Shown here in pieces: positions 1-9,822 of a stretch of DNA of 64,000 nucleotides (position 1 is its first letter; each line of letters begins with the position of its first letter). The position numbers were made by a program, and so were the translations under genes. The DNA is from an uncultured Fidelibacterota bacterium (GTDB taxonomy: Bacteria > Fidelibacterota > Marinisomatia > Marinisomatales > UBA1611). Under the pieces are notes generated by a model that made no database searches, had not been told where the DNA came from, and saw only the letters and a list, made by a program, of their open reading frames with translations. The stretch is taken from NCBI GenBank assembly GCA_902611135.1, contig CACLYL010000002.1, positions 167 through 64,166 on the forward strand. The letters run 5' to 3'.

Positions 1-614
1 TCTTCAATTCTCAGAATGCATTTGCAAATGAATGCTTTATCGATGAAATAGCTTTTAAACTCAACGTAGATCCTGTTGAATTAAGATTAAAAAATCTGAA
101 AAAAGATTCAAGGTCTTACACGGTAATTAAAAAAACTGCCGAAGAATCCAACTGGGGAAAAGAATCAAAAAATAACATTTATAAAGGTTTTGCTTACCAT
201 TATAGTTTTGGTTCCCATGTTGCTCAAGTAGCAGAAATTTCTGTAAATGATAGTGACTATATAAAAGTTCACAATGTTCATTGTGTAGTTGATTGTGGAC
301 AAACAATAAATCCGTTAACAATTAGGGCCCAAATGCAAGGATCAATTATTTTTGGATTGGGCGCAACTTTGCACAGTGAAATGACCGTAAGAGATGGGAG
401 AGTAAATGAAAGTAATTATGATGATTATCCGGTTGTTCGATTTGATGAGACTCCAAAAATAAGTGTCTCGATTATCCCAAGTATAGAAGAACCCGGTGGT
501 GTTGGAGAGCCTGGATTACCTCCTATCGCGCCAGCTATCGCAAATGCGGTTTTTGCAGCAACGGGTAAAAGATTAAGAAAACTCCCTATATTGCCTCGCC
601 ATCTATCTGTTTAA
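1..614 (+). CDS. Molybdopterin-binding subunit of the aldehyde oxidase/xanthine dehydrogenase family (IorB-like), C-terminal fragment; the 5' end lies outside the window
   Basis: Frame +3 is open from base 3 to the TAA at 612-614. The translation (FANECFIDEIAFKLNVDPVELRLKN ... VHCVVDCGQTINP ... EEPGGVGEPGLPPIAPAIANAVFAATGKRLRKLP) matches the conserved C-terminus of this family. Confidence 0.8.
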   Translation, partial: FNSQNAFANECFIDEIAFKLNVDPVELRLKNLKKDSRSYTVIKKTAEESNWGKESKNNIYKGFAYHYSFGSHVAQVAEISVNDSDYIKVHNVHCVVDCGQTINPLTIRAQMQGSIIFGLGATLHSEMTVRDGRVNESNYDDYPVVRFDETPKISVSIIPSIEEPGGVGEPGLPPIAPAIANAVFAATGKRLRKLPILPRHLSV

Positions 615-644
615 TTCTTCAAACGTTGTAACTGATCCAAAATA

Positions 645-1982
645 ATGTCATATTCTAAAAGAACCAGAACTCTAAAAGATGGATCTTTTATTGGGAAGTC
701 TGTTTTGTATTGGATGGTTCGTGATAAAAGATTCAATGATAACTGGGCCTTATTTGCTGCTCAAAAAGCTGCTCTAAAAAATAAAGTCCCACTGCATGTA
801 TGTTTCCAATATGATCCCAAAGCAAAAACAGCAACTTTAAGGGAATATGATTTTTTATTTAAGGGGTTAAAAGAAACTGAGCTAAAACTTTTTAAGCATA
901 ATATCCAATTTCATTTATTAAAAGGTGATGTCTTAAATCAAATCCTAACACTTTGTAGTAAGATTAATGTGGGAACCCTTATTACAGATTTCTCGCCTTT
1001 AAAAATTTACAAAAAACGTCTTAACAGGGTATTAAAAAAAGTAGACTGCCCAGTTTATCAGACAGATGCACATAATATTATCCCTGTTTGGAAAGCATCA
1101 AATAAGAAAGAATTCGCAGCCCATACAATTAGAAAAAAAATTAATAATCTACTCACTGAATATCTAGATGAACCCTCTAATTGTACTTTTCATCCATATG
1201 GCCAAGCAAAGCCAGGTAAAATTAATTGGGAGGAGGTAATTGAAGTACTGCAAGTAGATAAAAGTGTTAAACCAGTCAGTTGGGTTACGGCAGGAGAGAA
1301 AGCCGCTTTTGAAACATTAGTTGCTTTTAAGACAAATCTTGATGGATATAATTTGAAAAGAAACGACCCAAATCTTAATAAATTAAGCAATTTGTCACCT
1401 CACTTTCATTTTGGTCACATTTCAACACAGCGAGTAGCCTATGAAATCAGAAAACTTGATCAATTTGAAGTTGATAAAGAGACTTTCTTAGAGGAAATGA
1501 TTGTTAGAAGGGAGTTGGCCGAAAACTTTTGTGAATATGAACAAAATTATGACTCTTTTGAAGGGTTTCATCCCTGGGCGCAAAGGACTTTAAATGAGCA
1601 TAAAGGTGATGAGAGAGAATATATATATTCAAGTGATGAGTTTGAAGAATCTAAAACACATGACCCTCTTTGGAATGCTGCTCAAAATCAAATGAAAAAC
1701 CATGGTAAGATGCATGGATTTATGCGCATGTATTGGGCAAAAAAAATTTTAGAATGGAGTGAGTCTCCTGAAAAAGCGCTACAAATTGCAATCAATTTAA
1801 ATGATAAATATGAGCTAGATGGAAGAGACCCTAATGGATACACTGGCATTGCATGGAGCATAGGAGGGATTCATGATAGAGCATGGTTTGAGAGACCTGT
1901 CTTTGGTAAAATACGATATATGAATTATAATGGATGTAAAAGAAAATTCAATGTTGAAAGTTATGTAGAACAATTTAGATAA
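645..1982 (+). CDS. phr: Deoxyribodipyrimidine photolyase, class II (CPD photolyase)
   Basis: 445-aa ORF with LSPHFHFGHIS, MHGFMRMYWAKKILEW and DPNGYTGIAWSIGGIHDRAW, which are typical class II photolyase FAD-binding-domain motifs. Confidence 0.85.
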   Translation: MSYSKRTRTLKDGSFIGKSVLYWMVRDKRFNDNWALFAAQKAALKNKVPLHVCFQYDPKAKTATLREYDFLFKGLKETELKLFKHNIQFHLLKGDVLNQILTLCSKINVGTLITDFSPLKIYKKRLNRVLKKVDCPVYQTDAHNIIPVWKASNKKEFAAHTIRKKINNLLTEYLDEPSNCTFHPYGQAKPGKINWEEVIEVLQVDKSVKPVSWVTAGEKAAFETLVAFKTNLDGYNLKRNDPNLNKLSNLSPHFHFGHISTQRVAYEIRKLDQFEVDKETFLEEMIVRRELAENFCEYEQNYDSFEGFHPWAQRTLNEHKGDEREYIYSSDEFEESKTHDPLWNAAQNQMKNHGKMHGFMRMYWAKKILEWSESPEKALQIAINLNDKYELDGRDPNGYTGIAWSIGGIHDRAWFERPVFGKIRYMNYNGCKRKFNVESYVEQFR

Positions 1983-1994
1983 AATTAAACTTTC

Positions 1995-2483
1995 TCATTT
2001 TCCTTTTAAAAAGTATTTTTTGTAATAACCTGTTCTGTAAAGAAATAAAACTAAAATTCCGGCAATATTTGGGAGCCACACTTTCGGTGATGTCCATGGT
2101 ATACCATCAAAGGAAAAGTCAGTAAAAGGATAAAAGATCTTTGTTGGAAAATATTCTTTAGAGTGAAATGGGAAGTCAAGTAAAATATGAAAAGGCCAAC
2201 CCAGCATTGCAAAAGCAATATGTCTGTTAAATTGATAAGCAATAAAGAGAAAGAAAAAAGCGGTTACATAACTGTGAGAAACATCATAATTAAAAAATAA
2301 CCAATCGGGGATAGTGTTTAATTTGGGAGCTCCTGGGATATATGTCCCATCTAAAATTTGAATAGTAAACAATAATCCAAAAGATATAAGATCTGGCATA
2401 GCTCCAAAAAAAATCGCTAGTTTACCGTACCCCCTATAACCAAATAAACCTTTACTCCATAATGCATGACTAAATGTATCCAC
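1995..2483 (-). CDS. Integral membrane protein, possibly a YdjM/DUF457-like metal-dependent hydrolase
   Basis: 162-aa hydrophobic ORF that starts MDTFSHALW (MDxxTH-type N-terminus) and contains several His residues in predicted helices. It is convergent with phr. The family assignment is from motif recall only. Confidence 0.4.
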   Translation of the reverse strand: MDTFSHALWSKGLFGYRGYGKLAIFFGAMPDLISFGLLFTIQILDGTYIPGAPKLNTIPDWLFFNYDVSHSYVTAFFFLFIAYQFNRHIAFAMLGWPFHILLDFPFHSKEYFPTKIFYPFTDFSFDGIPWTSPKVWLPNIAGILVLFLYRTGYYKKYFLKGK

Positions 2484-2512
2484 TTATACTTTTTACTTAA
2501 ATTTATTATAGT

Positions 2513-2524
2513 TGAATATTCAAT
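2513..2524. promoter_or_regulatory. 12-bp perfect palindrome TTGAATATTCAA in the divergent intergenic region; possible second MarR half-operator
   Basis: It is preceded by TATAG, so the string TATAGTTGAA[T/C]AT occurs both here (2508-2520) and at the larger operator-like palindrome (2645-2657). Confidence 0.3.
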
Positions 2525-2646
2525 TAAAAGTTAATCTAAAAACTATTAAAAATAAAGATTATAAAATTTTTTTATTATTGGTTGTTTAATAAATCGCTAA
2601 AAACGCTCATACTAAACTTATTTAGGGAGTAAATAATTATACTTTA

Positions 2647-2685
2647 TAGTTGAACATACAACCAAAATAGTTGTATGTTCAACTA
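2647..2685. promoter_or_regulatory. Perfect 16-bp inverted repeat that abuts the marR start codon; candidate MarR autoregulatory operator
   Basis: TAGTTGAACATACAAC (2647-2662), a 7-nt spacer, then GTTGTATGTTCAACTA (2670-2685) are exact reverse complements. The likely ATG of the MarR gene is at 2686. Confidence 0.5.
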
Positions 2686-3135
2686 ATGGAGAAAGTTAAA
2701 TCACTAAATTTTAATTTAAACATGGGAAAATTAATTAGCTCTGCCCATAATATGATGACAAAACGCTTTGTTCAAAATGCACATGAAGCTGGATTAGATA
2801 TTTCACTTGATCAATGGATGGTTTTAGGTCCGATAAGCTATCATAAAAACGCATCACAAAAAGTGTTAAGTGATTCCTGCTTAAAAGATAAAACAAGTAT
2901 TACAAAGATAGTAAATACCCTAGAAAAGAAGAATCTAGTTGTTAGAGTATCTGATCAATTAGATCAGAGAGTAAAGAGAATCATATTAACAACAGCTGGG
3001 AAACAGCTATTAAATGACGCAATTCCAATAATGAATAAAACTCGTGAAGAGGTCGCAAAAGGGATCTCTGAACCTGATATTGAAATATTCAAGAATGTTT
3101 TATCGAAAATTATATCCAACCTTGAGAATGAATAG
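2686..3135 (+). CDS. MarR-family transcriptional regulator
   Basis: About 150 aa with a winged-helix pattern (SLDQWMVLGPI ... QKVLSDSCLKDKTSITKIVNTLEKKNLVVRVSDQLDQRVKRIILTTAGK). The ORF track starts at TTG 2671 inside the palindrome, so ATG 2686 is preferred. Confidence 0.8.
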   Translation: MEKVKSLNFNLNMGKLISSAHNMMTKRFVQNAHEAGLDISLDQWMVLGPISYHKNASQKVLSDSCLKDKTSITKIVNTLEKKNLVVRVSDQLDQRVKRIILTTAGKQLLNDAIPIMNKTREEVAKGISEPDIEIFKNVLSKIISNLENE

Positions 3136-4552
3136 ATTAATAAAATTAAATATTTTGATACTACTGGTTGTGCTATCTACTGGCTGTGCTAATATTTCAA
3201 AGCTTTCTATTGATAGTATAGAATTGGATGTTCCAGAGATGTGGGATACGAAAATTCCTTACAATAGCTCTTTTACGGGTAAATGGTGGAAACAGTTTAA
3301 AGATGAAAACCTAGAAAAATTCATTATAGAATTTCAAAAAAATAGTCCAGATTTAAAGACAATAACAAAAAATAGATTAATAGCTTATCAAAGTTCAAGG
3401 ATAAACGGTGCAGGAATATTTCCTTCCTTTAATGCAAATATCAGAGCCGACACTAGTGTTCAAAATTTAACTGGATTTGGGGAAGCGGGTAATGCATTAT
3501 TCGGAGGTGAGGAGGGAGAGGTCGTTAGTTTTGAAAATAGAACAGCTGGACTTGGATTGAATCTTCAATGGGAATTGGATATTTGGGGTAGACTACTCAA
3601 CGGCAGGAAAGCAACTCAAAAAAATTATGAAGCTTCTAGCTATGATCTATCCTATTTAGGCTTTTCATCAATAATTAGAGCTACTCAATTATATTTTCGA
3701 GCTATTGAAGCATATGGTCAGTTGAAAATAAATGAGGAATCTTATCAAAGTCTGGTTGAAATCAGGGACCTTGTAAAAGACAGATATGAAAAAGGATTAA
3801 AATCTAGTTTAGACTACAGACTTGCTGAGACATCTGTTCTAACATCGAAAGTTTCTATAGAGACGAGAAAATTACAATTAAACAATTTAAATCGCCGTTT
3901 AGAAGTATTGGTTGGTAAATATCCAAAAGGAGAATATGAGATTAGCAAAACGCTACCACAAAATATACCCGATATCAATAGTTCCATCCCTGCTGATTTA
4001 ATCACCAGAAGGCCTGATATAAAAAGTTTACTTTTAAAAGTAGAATCGGAGGAGTTGTTGCTTGCTCAAGCTAAAAGAAATTTATTTCCTGGAATAATGC
4101 TTAATGGTACTGTAGGAACCTCTGCTCAAAAATTAGAAGATATTTTTAATGACGATTATGGAATATGGAACGTGGGTTTTTCACTAACCGCGCCGATTTT
4201 TAATGGAGGACGATTAAGGGCTGCTGCAAAACTCCAAGAATCGGCCAAAGATAAATCTAAGGATGATTTATTAAATGGTCTGTTAAATGCATTTTCTGAG
4301 GTTGAACGATTGCTTGAATCAGAACAATCCTTATTCAGACAGCAAATTTCAATTGATTCAGCAGTTAAACAGTCACTTGACGCCTATAATTTATCGAAAG
4401 AAAGATATGATAAAGGTGTTACTATTTTAGAATCAGTTCTAAACACTCAAAGACAATATAATAATATTAAATCTCAGTATTTATCACTAAGTAGACAAAG
4501 AATAGATAATCGTTTATCTTTAATCTTGGCACTTGGAGGTAATTCAAATTAA
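3128..4552 (+). CDS. RND efflux outer-membrane factor lipoprotein (TolC/NodT family)
   Basis: Internal ATG 3128 gives MNRLIKLNILILLVVLSTGC, a lipoprotein signal with Cys, and overlaps the marR stop by 8 nt. The body shows the duplicated OEP-type repeat pattern (ITRRPDIKSL ... LFPGIMLNG ... PIFNGGRLRA). Confidence 0.8.
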   Translation: MNRLIKLNILILLVVLSTGCANISKLSIDSIELDVPEMWDTKIPYNSSFTGKWWKQFKDENLEKFIIEFQKNSPDLKTITKNRLIAYQSSRINGAGIFPSFNANIRADTSVQNLTGFGEAGNALFGGEEGEVVSFENRTAGLGLNLQWELDIWGRLLNGRKATQKNYEASSYDLSYLGFSSIIRATQLYFRAIEAYGQLKINEESYQSLVEIRDLVKDRYEKGLKSSLDYRLAETSVLTSKVSIETRKLQLNNLNRRLEVLVGKYPKGEYEISKTLPQNIPDINSSIPADLITRRPDIKSLLLKVESEELLLAQAKRNLFPGIMLNGTVGTSAQKLEDIFNDDYGIWNVGFSLTAPIFNGGRLRAAAKLQESAKDKSKDDLLNGLLNAFSEVERLLESEQSLFRQQISIDSAVKQSLDAYNLSKERYDKGVTILESVLNTQRQYNNIKSQYLSLSRQRIDNRLSLILALGGNSN

Positions 4553-4568
4553 AAATCAAGAGTAATGT

Positions 4569-5693
4569 ATGAAAAAGTATATCGGATTAATTATTTTAAT
4601 TATTAGTATTTCAATCTCAGGTGTTTTGATTAAAAGTAGGTCCGTTGCAGTTCCTGAAGAAAAAACAATAGAGGTACCATATGTGAATACCATGATGATC
4701 ATACCTCAAACCGTAAAAGCATCTATCAGCTCTCAGGGTATCGTTCAACCTGAATCTGAACTGAATATAATATCAGAATTAAATTCTCGAGTGAAATGGC
4801 TTTCGAGTAAAATGGAAGCCGGGTCAAGCTTCGAAAAGGGCGATACCCTAATCATGCTTGATGAAAGAGATTATGAACTTGCCTTAGTTTCTGCAGAATC
4901 TCAAGTTTTAAATGCAAAAGTAAACCTTGAACGAGAGGAAGCTGAATCGGAGCTTGCGAGGAGAGAATGGACGAGGATGGGAGCTGGTTCGGGAAGTGAT
5001 CTCACGCTCAGAAAACCTCAAATGGCTCAAGCTAGAGCAACTTATGCTGCAGCAAAAGCATTACTTGAACAAGCTAAAAGAAATTTAGGGAGAACTGTTT
5101 TTCTAGCTCCATTTAATGGCAGAGTCCGAAATACTGAAATTGAGTTGGGATCCACCGTTTTTCCAGGAAACTTAATGGGGAATATTTATGCAACAAGTGC
5201 TTATGAGATTCGATTACCCATTGCGGACCAAGATGTTCAATTCACGGGTTTAGAATTTAATGGTTTAAAAATAGATGCTGATAAACAGTTGGATGTCACA
5301 GTAATGCAAGGTGAAAATCAATGGGCTGCTAAGGTAATCCGAACGGAGGCAGAAATAGATCCAGTAACCAAAATGATGGCTGTTGTAGCAAAGATAAACA
5401 AGCTCGATAAGCAAATGTATACAATTCCCCTAGCTGTTGGTCAATTTGTTCAAGCTAAGATTTCTGGAGTCGATTTAGAAGGTATTTCTGTTTTACCTAG
5501 GTCCTCTGTTCGAAACGAAAGTGTATGGGTTGTAGATAAACAAATGCTTATGCAAAGGCGCCTAGTTGAAGTAATTAGGAACGAATCAGAATTTGCTCTT
5601 ATCAAACAGGGTTTTGAAATAGGTGATAAACTACTAACTTCAAGAGTTTCATCATTAGTAAGTGGCTTAAAAGTTACATTAGAGTTGAGATAA
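4569..5693 (+). CDS. RND efflux periplasmic adaptor (membrane fusion protein, HlyD family)
   Basis: 374 aa with an N-terminal TM anchor, a coiled-coil segment (LALVSAESQVLNAKVNLEREEAESELARRE ... AQARATYAAAKALLEQAKRNL) and a beta-barrel C-terminus. It sits between the OMF and RND pump genes. Confidence 0.8.
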   Translation: MKKYIGLIILIISISISGVLIKSRSVAVPEEKTIEVPYVNTMMIIPQTVKASISSQGIVQPESELNIISELNSRVKWLSSKMEAGSSFEKGDTLIMLDERDYELALVSAESQVLNAKVNLEREEAESELARREWTRMGAGSGSDLTLRKPQMAQARATYAAAKALLEQAKRNLGRTVFLAPFNGRVRNTEIELGSTVFPGNLMGNIYATSAYEIRLPIADQDVQFTGLEFNGLKIDADKQLDVTVMQGENQWAAKVIRTEAEIDPVTKMMAVVAKINKLDKQMYTIPLAVGQFVQAKISGVDLEGISVLPRSSVRNESVWVVDKQMLMQRRLVEVIRNESEFALIKQGFEIGDKLLTSRVSSLVSGLKVTLELR

Positions 5694-5697
5694 TTTT

Positions 5698-8600
5698 ATG
5701 GAAAGGGTAATTAGATGGTTTGTGAATAACAGTGTAGCTTCAAACTTAATGATGTTTTTTATCATTTTGTCTGGTATCGCTACTATTCCTTTATTGAAAA
5801 TGGAAGTCTTCCCTGATATTGAAGTTGATATCATCAATGTGACAGCTGTTTATCCTGGGGCAACACCATCAGATGTTGAAAATGCAGTATGTATTCGTAT
5901 TGAAGAGAGGTTGCAAGGTTTAGATGGTGTAAAAAAAATTACCGCAACTGCATCAGAAAATGTAGGAAGTGTTAATGTCGAAGTTCTACCAGGCCAAGAT
6001 GTAACAGAGATGTTAGACCGTGTAAAGGCAGAAGTTGACGCCATAGATAATTTTCCTGAGGGGGTAGAAAGACCTACAGTTAAACAATTTATAGCTATCC
6101 AAGCAACTATAACGGTCGCTGTTGGAGGTGATATGGACGAGTCAACTTTGACAAATTTAACGGAAGAAATAAAAGATGAGATCGATGCATTACCTGAGGT
6201 AACCTACAGCTCTTTTGTTGCTAAAAAAGAAAAGGAAATTTCAATTGAAATTAGTGAAAATAATCTTAGGAAATATGATCTAACTTTAGGTCAAGTCTCT
6301 AGAGCGATCCAAAGCCTCTCAGTAGATATTCCCAGCGGAAGCATTGAAAACTCGAATGGAGAAATTCTTATTAGAGCACAAGGTCAAGGTTACACAACAG
6401 ACTTTTTCTCCTCCATTCCCATTATCTCAGATCCTAATGGAGCGATTGTCAGGTTAGGTGAAATCAGCACTATTAGAGATGATTTTTCTATTGATTACGA
6501 CCTAGAGTTTTTATTTAATAGTAAAAAATCTAATCTAATAACTGTCTATCGGGTTGGTCAACAAAATGCAATAACCATAGCAACTCAAGTTAAGGATTAT
6601 GTTAATGAAAAAAGGCTTAGTCTTCCAAAAGATGTGAGTCTAACAACTTTTGATGATGAGTCAAGGCTATTATTAGGAAGAATAGATACCATGACAAGGA
6701 ATGCGTTTCAAGGTTTATTATTAGTTGTTGTTGTATTAGCAATATTTTTAAAGCCAAAATTAGCATTCTGGGTTTCACTAGGGATTCCAATATCATTCAT
6801 GGGAGGATTTTGGTTGATGTCGCCTCTTGATCTTTCAATCAATATGTTGTCTTTATTTACATTTATCCTTGTTCTGGGCATTGTTGTTGATGATGCAGTT
6901 GTTGTAGGTGAAAATATCGCACTATTCAGAGAAAGAGGGATGGAACCTAAAGAGGCTGCTGTTAAGGCTGCAACTCAGGTTTCTACACCAGTTTTTTTTG
7001 CAGTTTTAACAACTATGGCTACTTTCTCTCCAATGCTTGCCGTTGAGGGCCAAATTGGGGCAATATGGAGAATCTTCCCCTTGATAACTATCTCTGTTTT
7101 AGTGTGGTCATTATTTGAAAGTTTAACTATCTTGCCAGCTCATTTGGCGCACAGTTCTGATAAGAAATCTAAATTTGCTATTATTAATTCTGTCTCTGGC
7201 TCATGGGATCAATTTCAGTCAAGGATTAAAGATGGTTTATTCTACTTTATTGATAATTTTTATAAACCTGTTTTACTAAAAGCAGTAACTAAGCCATTCA
7301 CTTTTCTTAGTATCGCAATTTCAGTTTTTATTTTAACGATTGGAATTATTGGAGGAGGAATTATTAAGTTTTCATTCTTCCCTCCGGTTGAAGCAGATTT
7401 GGCAATAGGAACTGTTGAATACCCATCAGGAACATCTATTGAAACCACGCGAGATGGATATTTAAAACTTGAGGAAGCAGCAAAAAAATTAGAGAGTGAT
7501 CTAAGCAAAGAGTTTCCCGGTGAACCCATTATAAAAAACAGACTCTCAACCATAGGATTTCAACCACAAAGAACTAAAACTTCCAGAGGTCCAGGCAATT
7601 TAGATGCATCATATGGAGGACCCCATTTAGCTGAGGTTGCATTGGAATTAATACCAGGTGAAAATAGATCAATAGGTGCTGAGGAGATAGTAAGAAGATG
7701 GAGGGAGTTAATGCCACCTGTTCCCGGAGTCAAAGAGGTCGGATTTTTTTCCAGTTTATTTTCAGCTGGAGAACCTGTTAATGTCCAGCTCACGAGCAAA
7801 TATATGGATGATTTGTTAGCAGCAAAGGAAGAGTTGAAAAAAGAACTAGTTCAATTTCCTGGGGTATTTGATGTGAAAGATAACTTTAATATAGGAAAAG
7901 AGGAAATCAGTATAAAGCTTCTTCCTTCCGCCGAAAACTATGGAGTGAGCACCATGATGTTAGGAAGTCAAGTCCAACAAGCATTTTATGGTTTGGAAGT
8001 TCAAAGCATTCAAAGAGGAAGGGATGAAGTAAAAGTGATGTTAAGATACCCAAAAGACGAAAGACGTTCAATTTCTAATTTAGAAAATATGATGGTAAGA
8101 ACACCAAATGGTTCTACAATTCCTGTTAGGCAAATCGCAAAATTAGAGATAGGGGAGGGCTTATCTTCAATACAGCGGAAAGATAGAAAGAGAGCAATAA
8201 ATGTTACCGCAGATGTGGATTTAACAGTAACTACCGGCAATGAAGTAATTGCAGCTGTAACCGCATCTATTCTTCCAAAACTTTTGAAAAAATATAGTTC
8301 AATTTCATACAGCTTAGAGGGTGAACAGCAAGAGCAGGGACAAAATCTGAAATCAATTGGTAAAAATTTTCTTTTAGCAATGGTAGTGGTTTACATGCTG
8401 CTGGCGATACCATTTAAATCATATTTTCAACCTTTAGTAGTTATGTCCTCAATTCCTTTCGGTTTAACTGGAGCTATGCTTGGTCACCTATTTATGGGCA
8501 TAAATTTTTCGGTATTATCACTAATGGGAGTAGTAGCTTTAACAGGAGTTGTAGTTAATGACAGCTTAGTTATGGTTGATTTTATAAACCGATATAGGAG

Positions 8601-8862
8601 AGAGGGAAACAGTATAACAAATGCCGTTCTGGAGGCAGGACCAAGAAGATTTAGGCCAATATTTTTAACATCTCTAACAACCTTTGTAGGTTTAATCCCA
8701 TTACTATTAGAAAAAAGTGCCCAAGCTAAATTTTTAATTCCAATGGCTGTTTCTTTAAGTTTTGGCGTAATTTTTGCCACTGCAATTACATTGTTTATAG
8801 TTCCTGTTGGATATCTTATTTTAGAAAAATATATTTTAAAAACTGAAAAGGTGAATTTATGA
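5698..8862 (+). CDS. RND multidrug efflux permease (AcrB/AcrD/AcrF family)
   Basis: 1054 aa with 12-TM architecture and two large periplasmic loops. Typical strings are VVDDAVVVGENI and VVNDSLVMVDFIN in TM4/TM10. Confidence 0.9.
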   Translation: MERVIRWFVNNSVASNLMMFFIILSGIATIPLLKMEVFPDIEVDIINVTAVYPGATPSDVENAVCIRIEERLQGLDGVKKITATASENVGSVNVEVLPGQDVTEMLDRVKAEVDAIDNFPEGVERPTVKQFIAIQATITVAVGGDMDESTLTNLTEEIKDEIDALPEVTYSSFVAKKEKEISIEISENNLRKYDLTLGQVSRAIQSLSVDIPSGSIENSNGEILIRAQGQGYTTDFFSSIPIISDPNGAIVRLGEISTIRDDFSIDYDLEFLFNSKKSNLITVYRVGQQNAITIATQVKDYVNEKRLSLPKDVSLTTFDDESRLLLGRIDTMTRNAFQGLLLVVVVLAIFLKPKLAFWVSLGIPISFMGGFWLMSPLDLSINMLSLFTFILVLGIVVDDAVVVGENIALFRERGMEPKEAAVKAATQVSTPVFFAVLTTMATFSPMLAVEGQIGAIWRIFPLITISVLVWSLFESLTILPAHLAHSSDKKSKFAIINSVSGSWDQFQSRIKDGLFYFIDNFYKPVLLKAVTKPFTFLSIAISVFILTIGIIGGGIIKFSFFPPVEADLAIGTVEYPSGTSIETTRDGYLKLEEAAKKLESDLSKEFPGEPIIKNRLSTIGFQPQRTKTSRGPGNLDASYGGPHLAEVALELIPGENRSIGAEEIVRRWRELMPPVPGVKEVGFFSSLFSAGEPVNVQLTSKYMDDLLAAKEELKKELVQFPGVFDVKDNFNIGKEEISIKLLPSAENYGVSTMMLGSQVQQAFYGLEVQSIQRGRDEVKVMLRYPKDERRSISNLENMMVRTPNGSTIPVRQIAKLEIGEGLSSIQRKDRKRAINVTADVDLTVTTGNEVIAAVTASILPKLLKKYSSISYSLEGEQQEQGQNLKSIGKNFLLAMVVVYMLLAIPFKSYFQPLVVMSSIPFGLTGAMLGHLFMGINFSVLSLMGVVALTGVVVNDSLVMVDFINRYRREGNSITNAVLEAGPRRFRPIFLTSLTTFVGLIPLLLEKSAQAKFLIPMAVSLSFGVIFATAITLFIVPVGYLILEKYILKTEKVNL

Positions 8863-9818
8863 AAGTTGCAATAGTAGGAGGGACCGGATACGTTGGTTCT
8901 TATGTTTGTGATGAATTGATTAAAGAGAATCACACGCCCAGAATATTGGTAAGAGAAGGCAGTGAATCAAAAGTAGTTGATTCTGAAAAATGTGAAGTAG
9001 TAAAGGGCGATGCCTTTGATGAACAATCATTAAAAACTTTACTTGAGGGTTCAGATGCTGCGATTTATCTAGTTGCTGTCATTAGAGAATTTCCGAAGGA
9101 GGGTATAACTAATGATAAATTGCAATTTAGAGGATCCGAACTCTTAGCTAAAATTTGCTCTGAAATGGGCATAAAAAGATTCTTGTTGATGAGTGCTCTA
9201 GGTGCCAATGCAAATCCTGATGCTTCAAATTATCAGAAAGCAAAGCATCTATCTGAACAATCATTAAAAAACACCAATTTGGATTGGACGGTTATTAGAC
9301 CATCTTCATTATTTGGAAATCCGAGAGGGCAAAATAGGCCTGAGTTTTGTAAGGCTTTGAAAGAAGACATGTTAGAACTTATTCCAGGATTTCCATCAGC
9401 ATTACCTTTTCCTGCTCCATCATTTCATGAAGGGCTAATCCCATTCGGATCAGGAGAATTTAGTTTTTCAATGATTCATGTAAAAAACGTGGCCGAGATT
9501 ATCTTAAAAATACTAGAAGATAAGGATTCAATTGGTCAAACAATAGAACTAGGTGGAAATAAAGATTTTACTTGGGATGAAATTATAAAAGCTATAGCCA
9601 AAGCAAGTAATAAGAAAGTAATTATGGTTCCTGCTCCAGTGTCAGTTGTATTAATTGCTGCTAAATTCCTAGATTGGTGGAAAAAATTTCCAGTAACAAG
9701 AGATCAACTTAAAGATTTAATAAAGGGAAGTGTTTGTAATTCAGAAAAAATAATTAAAAAGTATGATATAGATCTTATTCCATTTAATCCAGAAAATTTA
9801 TCTTATTTAGCGAGTTAG
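8859..9818 (+). CDS. NAD(P)H-binding atypical SDR (NmrA/NDUFA9-like) protein
   Basis: The N-terminal Rossmann motif is MKVAIVGGTGYVGSYV, and YQKAK provides a YxxxK-type motif. Its start overlaps the RND stop (ATGA), which suggests the same operon. Confidence 0.7.
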   Translation: MKVAIVGGTGYVGSYVCDELIKENHTPRILVREGSESKVVDSEKCEVVKGDAFDEQSLKTLLEGSDAAIYLVAVIREFPKEGITNDKLQFRGSELLAKICSEMGIKRFLLMSALGANANPDASNYQKAKHLSEQSLKNTNLDWTVIRPSSLFGNPRGQNRPEFCKALKEDMLELIPGFPSALPFPAPSFHEGLIPFGSGEFSFSMIHVKNVAEIILKILEDKDSIGQTIELGGNKDFTWDEIIKAIAKASNKKVIMVPAPVSVVLIAAKFLDWWKKFPVTRDQLKDLIKGSVCNSEKIIKKYDIDLIPFNPENLSYLAS

Positions 9819-9822
9819 CATA

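Noticed and set aside
8484-8933. 149-aa antisense ORF overlapping the end of the RND pump gene, plus similar antisense or out-of-frame ORFs (e.g. 47927-48364, 38251-38508, 39127-39444, 7260-7553, 42355-42624)
   Set aside because: All lie entirely inside strongly supported genes on the opposite strand or in another frame. They have low-complexity translations and no start context. They are typical shadow ORFs.
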